Shown piece by piece: positions 29,605 through 39,900 of a DNA stretch of 64,000 nt. The notes under the pieces are model-generated. The model did not search any database. It was not told the DNA's origin and saw only the letters and a program-made list of their open reading frames with translations. The DNA is from Tolypothrix carrinoi HA7290-LM1 (lineage in GTDB: Bacteria > Cyanobacteriota > Cyanobacteriia > Cyanobacteriales > Nostocaceae). The stretch covers positions 38,007-102,006 of the forward strand of contig JAHHIK010000013.1 in assembly GCA_019358935.1 (NCBI GenBank), written 5' to 3'. The first letter of the stretch is position 1. Each line of letters opens with the position of its first letter. Made by a program: the position numbers and the translations under genes.

Positions 29605-32370
29605 TTACCCATTGGGTCCAGCTGTGACAATCACCAGTTTGTCAGGATTAATTAGGTCTTTGATTGCTTGCTGCACTTGAGTCATCGTCACAGCTTGAAT
29701 GCGCTTGGGAAATTCTCGAATTTCTGTAGGTGAAAGCCCGTAAACGGAATTGTCTAAAATAATGGTGGCGACATCGCTGGGATTTGCCAAATCTACGGGA
29801 TAGCTGTTGGTAATTGAGCGTTTTGCTGTGTTTAATTCAGCTTCTGTGACTCCTTGTTCTCGGACTTGTTTGAGTAAAGCAACAGCGCTGGCGATCGCTT
29901 TATTCGCATCTTGCGGAGAGGTTTGCATCTGAATTAAGAATGGACCTGGATTAACTCCAGCAGCAAAAGCACTGTAAATACCGTAAGTTAAACCTTGGCG
30001 ATCGCGTACTTCTGTACCCAAGCGGCTAGACAAGGTATCACCACCTAAAATTTGATTTAGTACCGAAACAGCATAAAAACGAGGGTCTTTACGCGAGATG
30101 CCGTTGTAGCCTATATAAGTAACTGCCTCAGCCTTACCGGGAATTACTTTATTCAAACGTGTCTGACTTTGCGGTAACGGTACTGAGGTCAGATTCAAAA
30201 TCGGTGCTTTACCTTTTGCTTGCCATTTACCAAAAGCTTGATTTAATAAAGCTTTCACCTTCGCTGGTTCAAAGTCACCCACCATCGCTAACGTTGTTGT
30301 ATCCGGTCGATAATGTTCTTGATAAAAGCGAAGCAAATCATCGCGAGTAATATTCTTCAAACTTTCTTCTGTAGGAAAGCTGTAGAACGGATGATTTTCG
30401 GGATAAATTGCTTGCTGAAAAACTCTTCGTCCTAATCCACGCGGGTCATCTAGCTGTGCTTTCAAACCGATTAATGACCGTCGCCGGCTGAGTTCGAGTT
30501 GGTCTGCCGGGAAAGTAGCATTTTGTACTACATCTGCTAAAGTTTCTATCAATATCGGCAAATTCGCAGACAAACCTTGACCACCAATAGCGACACCTTC
30601 ACGGCTAGGACTAAAACCTAAACTGGCTCCTTTATCTTCTAAAGATTTCGCCAGCGTGAGAGCATTTTTGCTTTTCGTGCCATTCATTAAGTTACCAGCA
30701 GTCAAACTCGCTAGCCCAGCTTTTTGAATGTTGTCAAATTCAGCCCCAGCGTCAATTTGTCCGGTGAGGTTTATCGAGGGAAAACTGCGATCGCTTAACA
30801 AAAGAACCCGCATTCCATTTGCGAGGGTAAACTGTTCTGGTAGCGATTGTTTGCTAGCAGTGGTGGCTGATGTGGCAGGAGGAAGATATTTAGCCAGTTC
30901 TGCGGGGTCTACCGGCTTTCCTGGGCTGAAGTTCTCAGCTGTGCGACCAGAACCAGCATTAGAAGCTCCTGGTTTACCATCTGCTTGGGTAGGTTCAAAA
31001 AAGCCGATGGTTTGTTTAGCCGGATCGAGGTAGGTTTTCGCTGCTTTTTGGACATCAGCTGGTGTAACTTTGGCGATCGCTGCCAGATACCCCTCAATAA
31101 AACGATAATCTCCGGCGACGGTTTGATTATACCCCAGTTGATTTGCCTGACTGGTGATATCCTGATTATTCAGTATAAAAGAAGCTTGTAATTGCGTCTT
31201 TGCTCTATTCAATTCTTCATTGCTGACTGGCTGCTGTTGCAGTTTCGTCAACGATTGTTGCAATACCGAAGCAATGCGCGATAATTCTTGACCGGGTGCG
31301 GCTGTAGCATTAATTTCATACCAGCCCGGTTCAATTAATTCTGCTGCACTCGCACTAACTGAACTGGCTAATCCGGATTCTACCAAATCCTGGTAAAGTC
31401 GAGAACTGCGACCGCCTGTAAGAATACCATCCATCAAATCAATCGCCGCGACATCGGGATGCTTGACATCTGGTAAAGGATAAACAACTTGCAGCAGTGC
31501 AGCGCTTCCCGGTTGCTTCAGAACGATTGGCTCTTTTTTCGCAGGAGTATTAGAAGGTACAGATACAGTACCTTTTGGTGGAACCGTTTTGGCTCGTTTG
31601 GGAACCTTGCCGAAAGTGTCTTTGATAACTTTCAGCGTTGGTGCGGTAGTGAAATCGCCTGTAACTACTAATGTGGCATTATCTGGACTGTAGAAGGTTT
31701 GATAATAATTCCGCACCTGCGAGAGCGTGAATTTCTCGACATCGGCTTTTGTACCTCCTACAGGTAAGCCATAAGTTCGATTCGGGAAAGCAGCCCGCAA
31801 CACCGCTCGACCGAGACGGTAGCTAGGTGAATTTTCGTATCCTTGTAATTCAGAAATGACTACGCGCTTTTCGCTCGTCAGTTGGTCAGATCCAATTAAA
31901 GCACCTTCCATGCGATCGGCTTCTAAAGTTAGCAGTGCTTCGAGTTTGTCTCGCTGCACAGTACCATAGTAAGCAGTTTCGTCATAGCTGGTGAAAGCGT
32001 TAAATTGACTACCTAAAGCACTAAACAGCCGCCCAAACTGGACTGGACGGGTAGAAGTGCCTTTAAACATTAAATGTTCCAGTTGGTGGGAGATACCATT
32101 TTCCCCCGTTCCCTCATTGCGTGAACCAACTTTATACCAAACCTGCACGCTGACCACTGGTGCAGTATGGATTTCTTTGGTTAACACGGTTAAACCGTTG
32201 TCTAATACCGTCTTTGTCACCCCTTGGGTAAGTGCTGAACCCGATACAGGGGCAACTGTAGTTGGCGTTGCCGCGTTGGTAAAATTGTCTGAAAACAAAT
32301 CGAGACTGAGAAAAAGGCTGAGGAACAAGCCTATAAGAATGTATGGACGCAGTTTAGGAAAGAAAGACAT
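29605..32370 (-). CDS. M16 (pitrilysin/insulinase) zinc peptidase, exported
   Basis: HQLEH inverted zinc motif, NAFTSYD, two M16 halves, signal peptide. Confidence 0.92.
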   Translation of the reverse strand: MSFFPKLRPYILIGLFLSLFLSLDLFSDNFTNAATPTTVAPVSGSALTQGVTKTVLDNGLTVLTKEIHTAPVVSVQVWYKVGSRNEGTGENGISHQLEHLMFKGTSTRPVQFGRLFSALGSQFNAFTSYDETAYYGTVQRDKLEALLTLEADRMEGALIGSDQLTSEKRVVISELQGYENSPSYRLGRAVLRAAFPNRTYGLPVGGTKADVEKFTLSQVRNYYQTFYSPDNATLVVTGDFTTAPTLKVIKDTFGKVPKRAKTVPPKGTVSVPSNTPAKKEPIVLKQPGSAALLQVVYPLPDVKHPDVAAIDLMDGILTGGRSSRLYQDLVESGLASSVSASAAELIEPGWYEINATAAPGQELSRIASVLQQSLTKLQQQPVSNEELNRAKTQLQASFILNNQDITSQANQLGYNQTVAGDYRFIEGYLAAIAKVTPADVQKAAKTYLDPAKQTIGFFEPTQADGKPGASNAGSGRTAENFSPGKPVDPAELAKYLPPATSATTASKQSLPEQFTLANGMRVLLLSDRSFPSINLTGQIDAGAEFDNIQKAGLASLTAGNLMNGTKSKNALTLAKSLEDKGASLGFSPSREGVAIGGQGLSANLPILIETLADVVQNATFPADQLELSRRRSLIGLKAQLDDPRGLGRRVFQQAIYPENHPFYSFPTEESLKNITRDDLLRFYQEHYRPDTTTLAMVGDFEPAKVKALLNQAFGKWQAKGKAPILNLTSVPLPQSQTRLNKVIPGKAEAVTYIGYNGISRKDPRFYAVSVLNQILGGDTLSSRLGTEVRDRQGLTYGIYSAFAAGVNPGPFLIQMQTSPQDANKAIASAVALLKQVREQGVTEAELNTAKRSITNSYPVDLANPSDVATIILDNSVYGLSPTEIREFPKRIQAVTMTQVQQAIKDLINPDKLVIVTAGPNG

Positions 32371-32444
32371 TGTTAGCAATTGAAATTCAAAACTGAAAAT
32401 TCACGCATAGTATAAATCCATCTTGGCAAGTATTTTGCCATGTT

Positions 32445-32590
32445 GGGGCAATGGGGAATGGGTAATGGGGTATGGGGCATGGGTAATGGGTAATGGGGCA
32501 TGGGGGAGGCAGTGCGGTGAGACCGCCAAGACGGGGGCTGGTCTCACCGCACTGCCTCCCCCATGCCCAATGCCCCATGCCCAATTCCCC
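32445..32590. repeat. Long palindrome of STRRs around two head-to-head element halves (32506-32558)
   Basis: GAGGCAGTGCGGTGAGACC / GGTCTCACCGCACTGCCTC. Confidence 0.75.
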
Positions 32591-32683
32591 AACATGGCAA
32601 AAAAACTCTCGCTAGCGAGAACGATAAATTGCCCTAGCGATCTAAAATGACACTGTTAATAGACACACCAAAAAATTGAGTAT

Positions 32684-33148
32684 ATGGCGCGTCAACGCTC
32701 GATATTGTCATTGATTCTGGTAATTTTGGCAACATTCCTGATTAGTTGTGGCAGTCCTACTGTCGCTACTGCACCTCCAACCTATACTACGGCTCAGTTA
32801 GAGAAAATTCAGGAATATGTTCCTGATATTCTTTCTGTACGCGATCGCTCAGCTGAACTGCAAAAGCTGATCCGAAGAAATGATTGGATCGATGTGGGTA
32901 ATTTTATCCACGGTCCGATGACATCCGTCAAGCTGAACATGAGTTACATTACTTCCAACCTGCTACCTAAAGACCAACCCCAAGCACGTCAGATAACGCG
33001 AGATTTATTTAACCACCTGCTAAAAATAGATCAAGCCGCAGCCGATCGCAACTCTCAACTAGCTTTAAGCAACAACAAAGCCGCTTTTGCTGACATTGAC
33101 AATTTCTTACAATTGTTACCGCAAAGCAACAAGCCACAAGAAAGTTAG
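32684..33148 (+). CDS. psbQ: Photosystem II lipoprotein CyanoQ
   Basis: Lipobox LISC, PPTYT, DWIDVGNFIHGPM, LLPKDQ. Confidence 0.93.
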   Translation: MARQRSILSLILVILATFLISCGSPTVATAPPTYTTAQLEKIQEYVPDILSVRDRSAELQKLIRRNDWIDVGNFIHGPMTSVKLNMSYITSNLLPKDQPQARQITRDLFNHLLKIDQAAADRNSQLALSNNKAAFADIDNFLQLLPQSNKPQES

Positions 33149-33352
33149 GCTTAAGGAGGAGACAAGGGAGACAAGGGGGACAAGGGGGCACTCTTGCAGG
33201 GGGCACTCTTGCAGGGGGCACTCTTGCAGGGGAGTTTGTCTTTTCGTCTTCCTTGTCTCCCTTGTCTTCCTTGTCTCCCCATCCCCCCCTCTCAAGAACT
33301 CTCCCCATCCCCCCCTCTCCCCTACTCCCCACTCCTCACTTATCAAAAAGCA

Positions 33353-34444
33353 ATGAGTCATGCAGTCATTATCGGTTGTGGTGTTGTTGGGGCGGCGATC
33401 GCCTATGAACTCAGTCAAGTTCAAGACCTCAAAATCACTGTCATCGACTTTCAACCACCCGCGCAAGCCTCTACAGGGGCAGCATTAGGCGTTTTGATGG
33501 GTGCGATTAGCCATAAAATTAAGGGTAATGCTTGGCGAATGCGCTCATATAGCATTCAACGTTATGAAACTTTAATTCCGGAACTAGAAGCTATCACAAA
33601 TCGTAAAATCCCTTTTAATCGTCAAGGAATTCTTAGCCTTTGTTTGCAAGAAGATAATAAAGCCGCTTGGCAAAAACTAGCAGAAATTCGCTCTTCTCAA
33701 AACTGGAAATTAGAAGTTTGGGACGTAGCTAAATTAAAGTCAGTCTGTCCGCAAGTAAATAACGATAATATTACTGGTGCTGTTTATTCTCCCCAAGACC
33801 GCCAACTTGACCCAACAGCTTTAACTTTAGCTTTAGTTGATGCATCTCAACGCAACGGTGTTACTTTTAAATTTGGCGTTACTGTCAACGGAACTTTAAC
33901 TTCCGCGAATTCATGCAATCAACTTGAGACGACAGAGGGTAAAATTACTGCTGATTGGTTTATAATCGCTGCTGGATTGGGTTCGTCACTTTTGACAGCA
34001 CAATTAAACCAAATGATTGATATTCGCCCTGTGTTGGGACAAGCTTTGCAAGTAAGCTTAAAACATCCTTTAGGCGATCGCGACTTTCAACCAGTGATTA
34101 CAGGTGATGATGTTCACATTGTCCCTGTAGGTAACGGAGATTATTGGATAGGTGCGACGGTAGAATTTCCCAATGATACCCATGAAATACCACCTGACGA
34201 AGAACTATTGAAGCAAGTTTTAACTGGTGCGATCGCCTTCTGTCCAGAATTAGCACAAGCCACAATTAACCGCACCTGGTCGGGATTGCGTCCCCGTCCC
34301 GAAAAACGACCCGCACCAATTATAGGCAAACTACCAGGCTTTAATAACATTCTCCTCGCCACCGGACACTATCGCAACGGCGTTTTATTAGCACCCGCAA
34401 CAGCACACGCAATTCGTGAGATGATTATCTCCAACGATTCCTAA
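33353..34444 (+). CDS. FAD-dependent oxidoreductase (DAO/glycine oxidase-like)
   Basis: IIGCGVVG, WSGLRP, ATGHYRNGVLLAP. Confidence 0.88.
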   Translation: MSHAVIIGCGVVGAAIAYELSQVQDLKITVIDFQPPAQASTGAALGVLMGAISHKIKGNAWRMRSYSIQRYETLIPELEAITNRKIPFNRQGILSLCLQEDNKAAWQKLAEIRSSQNWKLEVWDVAKLKSVCPQVNNDNITGAVYSPQDRQLDPTALTLALVDASQRNGVTFKFGVTVNGTLTSANSCNQLETTEGKITADWFIIAAGLGSSLLTAQLNQMIDIRPVLGQALQVSLKHPLGDRDFQPVITGDDVHIVPVGNGDYWIGATVEFPNDTHEIPPDEELLKQVLTGAIAFCPELAQATINRTWSGLRPRPEKRPAPIIGKLPGFNNILLATGHYRNGVLLAPATAHAIREMIISNDS

Positions 34445-34492
34445 TCTTAATAAAACTCTGCGTCTTTGCGCCTTTGCGTGAGACTTTTTCTC

Positions 34493-35344
34493 ATGTCAAT
34501 ACAAGAACATAAAATAACCGTAAATTCCCTCGAATGGTTTTACCGCGAAGCACAACCAATCGGTCAAACAGACTTATTGCCTGTATTATTGCTACACGGC
34601 TTACCGTCACAAAGTTACAGTTGGCGTAACATCTTACCAGCTTTAGCGAAACAGGGTACAAGAGCGATCGCACCAGATTGGATTGGCTATGGTTTTTCAT
34701 CCAAACCTGAAAAAAGAGACTTTGCTTATACCCCAGATGCATTTATCACAGCTTTATCAGGATTTCTCCAAGCATTAGAACTACAACGTTTTTCTTTAGT
34801 TGTCCAAGGATTTTTAGGTTCTGTAGGCTTACAATATGCTTTGCGACATCCAGAACAAATTGCCAACATAGCTATCATCAACACCCCAATTACCAGCGCT
34901 GCCAAATTACCTTGGAAAATTCAACAACTCGGTTTACCTCTTGCAGGTGAAATGATGACCCAAGACCCTTTATTAGTTGATAGAACTTTAGAAGGTGGTT
35001 GTCGTTACGTCATCGAAGAGAAAGATTTAGATGTTTATCGAAAGCCATATTTGAAAAGTTCCTCTTCTGGACGAGGACTTTTATCAACTATCCGCAATTT
35101 ACAACTTCAACCCGCAATGACCGAAATCGAATCTGGCTTTAAAGAATGGCAAAAACCAATTTTAATTCAATGGGGAATGATTGACCCTTGGCTTTCTATA
35201 GATATGGCACAAAAGTTTGCCGATTCTGTACCGAATGCCGAAGTAATAAAACTTAATAACGTCGGGCATTATCCGCAAGAACATTATCATGAGACGATTT
35301 TAGAAGATTTATTACCTTTCTTACGGTGTTCGGGAAAATCTTGA
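34493..35344 (+). CDS. Alpha/beta hydrolase, haloalkane dehalogenase-like fold
   Basis: LLHGLPSQSYSWR, APDWIGYGFS, GHYPQE. Confidence 0.85.
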   Translation: MSIQEHKITVNSLEWFYREAQPIGQTDLLPVLLLHGLPSQSYSWRNILPALAKQGTRAIAPDWIGYGFSSKPEKRDFAYTPDAFITALSGFLQALELQRFSLVVQGFLGSVGLQYALRHPEQIANIAIINTPITSAAKLPWKIQQLGLPLAGEMMTQDPLLVDRTLEGGCRYVIEEKDLDVYRKPYLKSSSSGRGLLSTIRNLQLQPAMTEIESGFKEWQKPILIQWGMIDPWLSIDMAQKFADSVPNAEVIKLNNVGHYPQEHYHETILEDLLPFLRCSGKS

Positions 35345-35379
35345 TATATTTCAACAGAAATCTCTAGCGCTAGGGTTTT

Positions 35380-35853
35380 ATGTTGGTTGGTACAGTCAAA
35401 GCTGCTTCAATGCTTGGTATCTGCTGTCAGCGTTTGCGACAATTGCTGAAAGAACAACGAATTCAAGGAGCAAAAAAAGTTGGTCGTTTTTGGCAGATTC
35501 CCTTATTTGGGGGAATGCCAAAAGTAAAGGCAGGTAGCAGAGGACCGCAAGGAACTTGGAAAAAGCGATTAGGACAAGCTTCTACTCGCATCCATATCAA
35601 TAAGCGAAAACTGGAAAGCAATTGTAAGTACAACCAACGAGAACCAATTATTGCAATTAGAAATGGCGATCGCGTGAAATACTGCCACGAAGTAGAAATT
35701 ACCGGAGCCTGTCGTTTGGTTTATCGACCAGATAAGCCTTTGTCTTGTGGTGCAGTTTTGTGGATTGAAGTAGAAGCGAACGTTGAGGCGATCGCCAAAA
35801 CATTTAATTCGTTTGTTGCAGTACAAGCCAAGGATCATTTTAACGTAACCTAG
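35380..35853 (+). CDS. Excisionase-type HTH DNA-binding protein with uncharacterised C-terminal domain
   Basis: AASMLGICCQRLRQLL...AKKVGRFWQIP (MerR/Xis-like HTH); C-term RIHIN...KPLSCGAVLWIE. Confidence 0.65.
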   Translation: MLVGTVKAASMLGICCQRLRQLLKEQRIQGAKKVGRFWQIPLFGGMPKVKAGSRGPQGTWKKRLGQASTRIHINKRKLESNCKYNQREPIIAIRNGDRVKYCHEVEITGACRLVYRPDKPLSCGAVLWIEVEANVEAIAKTFNSFVAVQAKDHFNVT

Positions 35854-35926
35854 TATTTAGTACGACGAACGACCAACTCAAGCAATAAGAGCCTGAGCAG
35901 AGTTTTAAAAAGGCAGGTTACGATTC

Positions 35927-36511
35927 ATGGCTTATTCATGGTTTAAAGCGTTTCACATTATCGGCATTGTAGTCTGGTTTGCTGGATTATTTTATCTAGT
36001 ACGTCTTTTTATCTATCACGTCGAAGCCAACGAAGAACCAGAACCAGCACGCACGATACTGAAAAATCAGTATCAGATAATGGAAAAACGGCTTTACAGC
36101 ATCATCACGACTCCAGGAATGTTGTTAACAGTAGCAATGGCAATCGGTTTATTAACTACTGAACCAGAAGTTTTAAAACAGACTTGGTTGCATGTCAAAC
36201 TAGGATTTGTTGCTCTTTTACTCGGCTATCATCATTATTGCAAAAGGCTAATGAAGCAGTTAGCAGTTGATGAATGTCGCTGGAGTAGCAAACAGTTGCG
36301 TGCTTTGAATGAAGCACCCAGCTTGATGTTAGTCGTGATTGTCTTGCTAGCTATATTCAAAAATAATCTACCGACAGATATTACTGTTTGGGTAATTGTG
36401 GCAATGATTATTGCGATGGTAGCCACTATTCAACTTTACGCCAAAAAGCGCAGAGAAGATAAAGAAAAGGAATTGGCGGAAATTTCACAAGTTCCACAGC
36501 AACAGAGTTAG
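35927..36511 (+). CDS. hemJ: Protoporphyrinogen IX oxidase HemJ
   Basis: KAFHII...WFAGLFYLVRLFIYH, MEKRL, LRALNEAP. Confidence 0.93.
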   Translation: MAYSWFKAFHIIGIVVWFAGLFYLVRLFIYHVEANEEPEPARTILKNQYQIMEKRLYSIITTPGMLLTVAMAIGLLTTEPEVLKQTWLHVKLGFVALLLGYHHYCKRLMKQLAVDECRWSSKQLRALNEAPSLMLVVIVLLAIFKNNLPTDITVWVIVAMIIAMVATIQLYAKKRREDKEKELAEISQVPQQQS

Positions 36512-36677
36512 TGGATAGTGGATAGTGGATAGTGGATGGTGGGCATGGGGCATTGGGAATTGGGAATGGGTAATGGGTAATGGGGCATTGGGCATTTTTT
36601 CCCCTTGTCCTCCTTGTCCTCCTTGTCTCCTCAACAAAATTCCTACTATCCACTATCCACTAACAACTAACCAATCT

Positions 36678-36914
36678 TTGAAGAAGGCAGCTATGCTGAG
36701 GGCAGAGGGCAGAAGGAACAAGTCAGAAGGGGATGAAAAAAGGCGTGTCGCCGGACAGAACCTTCTGTCCGGCGAACCGCCGCCCCCTCCTGACTTGGAG
36801 CCACTGAACAAGAGTTCAGTGGGGGTCTTAAACCCTTGTTCCCTTCGGTCACACTTCTAGGGCAGGAGGCAGTATTCCTTCAGCATAGCTGCCTCCTGCC
36901 CTCTGCCTTTTTTG
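36678..36914 (-). mobile_element. Non-autonomous MITE/PATE-like element (same family as 63366-63561)
   Basis: Shared TTGAAGA(A)AGGCAG end; 34-nt exact reverse-complement match (36876-36909 vs 63373-63406); ATAA flank. Confidence 0.6.
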
Positions 36915-36928
36915 ATAAAACCCAGAAT

Positions 36929-39900
36929 ATGATGTCTGCGCTTCCTGGTTATACTCTCGGCACAATTCTTCACAATGGCGATCGCACGCTCGTTTATCGA
37001 AGCATTCAAGAGTGCGATCAAAAAACTGTCGTGATTAAAACACTCAAAGCGGAGTTTCCAACCGTCGAAGAAACCGCTCGACTCAAGCTTGAATATGAAA
37101 TCCTCAATAATTTGCCGCTAGAAGGTGTAATTAAACCTTATAAATTAGAACAATATCAAAAACGATTAGCACTAATTTTAGAAGATTTTGGCAGCGTTCT
37201 CAAGACATTTGTCGCCGAGAAAATCGCTTTAACAGATTGGCTAGCAATTGCGATTCAAATTGCATCTATATTAGGTGAAATTCATCAACATCAAATTATT
37301 CATAAAGATATTAAACCAAAAAATATTCTGATTAATTCGCATCAGCAAGTTAAAATTATTGACTTTAGTATCGCTTCGCGTCTTTCTAAAGAAAATCCGC
37401 TTTTAAGTCCCCCCAGTTTACTAGAAGGTAGCCTTCATTATCTTTCTCCAGAACAAACCGGAAGGATGAATCGAGCGATTGATTACCGCAGCGATTTGTA
37501 CGCTTTGGGAGTGACGTTTTATGAGTTGCTGACGCTGCGTTTGCCGTTTCAATCTGACGACCCCTTAGAATTAATTCACGCTCACATTGCCAAACAACCG
37601 ATTCCACCGCATCAAGTGCGGCAAGATATTCCGGTTGTGATTTCAAATATTATCATGAAGCTGTTGGCAAAGAACGCCGAAGACCGCTATCAAAGCGCTT
37701 TTGGAGTCAAGAAGGATTTAGAAACAGCTTTAACACAGTTAACTACAACCGGGGAAATTAAAGAATTTGCGATCGCTCAACACGATACTTCTGGACATTT
37801 ACTGATTCCCCAAAAGCTGTATGGACGCGAAACAGAAGTTGCCACGCTAATGCAAGCGTTTACTCGCATAGCAAAAATCGAGAAAATCGAACTGTTACTT
37901 GTCAGTGGCTATTCTGGCATTGGTAAATCTTCTTTAGTAAACGAAATTTACAAACCAATTCTGCAACAGCGGGGTTATTTTATTGCCGGTAAATTCGACC
38001 AATTTCAACGAGATATTCCTTATGCTTCATTGATTCAAGCATTTCGGATGTTGATGCAGCAATTGTTAGCTGAAAGTGCTGCCAGTCTGGAAGTTTGGAA
38101 AACGAAACTGCAACAAGCTTTAGGAGAAAACGCTCAAGTAATAATTGAAGTAATTCCGGAAGTAGAATTACTAATTCAAGCGCAACCACCTGTACCGACA
38201 CTAGGAGCGACAGAAACTCAAGCGAGATTTAATCGCGTCTTTCAAACTTTTATTAACGTCTTTGCTCAAAAAGAACATCCCCTAGTATTATTTTTAGATG
38301 ATTTGCAATGGGCAGATTCTGCGTCTTTAAAGTTCATTCAAGCCTTAATCAACGATGCCAATATCGGCTATTTATTACTATTAGGTGCGTATCGCGATAA
38401 TGAAGTGAGTGCGGCACATCCTCTAATTCAAACAATAGCCCAATTGCAAGAATGCACCACAGTCAATCAAATTGTCCTCAAACCGCTATCACTTGAGAGC
38501 GTTAAACAATTAGTCGCGGATACGTTACAAGAAACCTCAACCCAGTTAGCAACATTACTCTACAACAAAACAGACGGGAATCCCTTCTTTTTAACTCAAT
38601 TATTGCAATCTCTGGCGCAAATAAATCTAATTAAATTTGATTTTGCAACCGCTCGGTGGACGTGGGATTTAACTCAAATTCAAACTGTCGGGGTGACAGA
38701 TAATGTGATAGAGTTAATGGTTAATAAAATTTAAAAATTACCAAAAACTACACAAACACTTCTTAAATTTGCTGCTTGTATTGGTTATCGCTTTGATTTA
38801 GAAACGCTTGCGGTTATATCACAAAAAAGCGTATCCGAGACGGCTAAATAAATCTGGTCAGCGATGCAAGCCGGATTAATTTTACCTTTAAATAATGCTT
38901 ACAAAATTCCCTTGTTTGTCGGGGAAGAAACTGCAGCGATCGCTCTCGATGAGCATATTATTAACTACCAATTTTTGCACGACCGAGTTCAACAAGCCGC
39001 AGAAGCGCTAATTCCGGAAGCTGAACGTAAAGCAACTCATCTAAAAATCGGTCAACGACTTTTACAAAGTCAATCACCATCATCACAAAAAGAAAACATT
39101 TTTGAATTAGTTAATCACTTAAATTACGGCAAAGATTTAATTAGCTCAAAACAAAGAACTCAATTAGCAGCACTGAACTTAATCGCCGGTCAAAAAGCTT
39201 CATCAGCGATCGCTTACGAACCATCTGCCCGTTATTTTAATTTGGGATTAGAGCTTTTAGCAAATGACTGCTGGGAACAGCAGTATAATTTAACATTATC
39301 ACTGTATGAAGGGGCGATTGATGTTGAGTGTATTAACGCCAATTTTAGGCGATCGCAATCTCTGATTAATCTAGCATTGCCCCATACGAAAACACTTTTA
39401 GACCGCATCCGTATCTACAAACTACAAATTCAACTAGAAATTGCTCAAGGCAATTCCGCTGCCTCAATCGAAACCGCATTAAAAGCTTTATTACTATTAG
39501 ATATCCGCATTCCTACACAAGACGCAGAAATTGAAAGTTACATTGCCCAACTTCAACAGAAACTTGTGTTTCAACCAAATGATGTGGCAGCACTAGCTAA
39601 TCTACCTGTGATGAGCGATGCTAACAAACAAGCAGCAGTAGAAATACTCAACACCATGCCGGGTCCGGTTTACATTGCCAGACCGCAATTATTTATACCG
39701 ATGATGTTAACTATGACTCAGCTTTCCGTTGAGTATGGCAACTGGATACCATCATCGTTTGCTTACTGTCTGTTTGGGTTTCTTTGCGCGGCAGTATTTG
39801 ACAACATCGATACCGGATATGAATTTGGACAGTTATCTTTAAAGGTCTTAGAGCAATTTAACGATAAAACGCTTTATCCGCATGTGTTAAAGGTGTATGG

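Noticed and set aside
38732..38851. TAA reassignment or programmed readthrough
   Set aside because: Many intact genes in the window end at TAA, and no recoding signal is visible.
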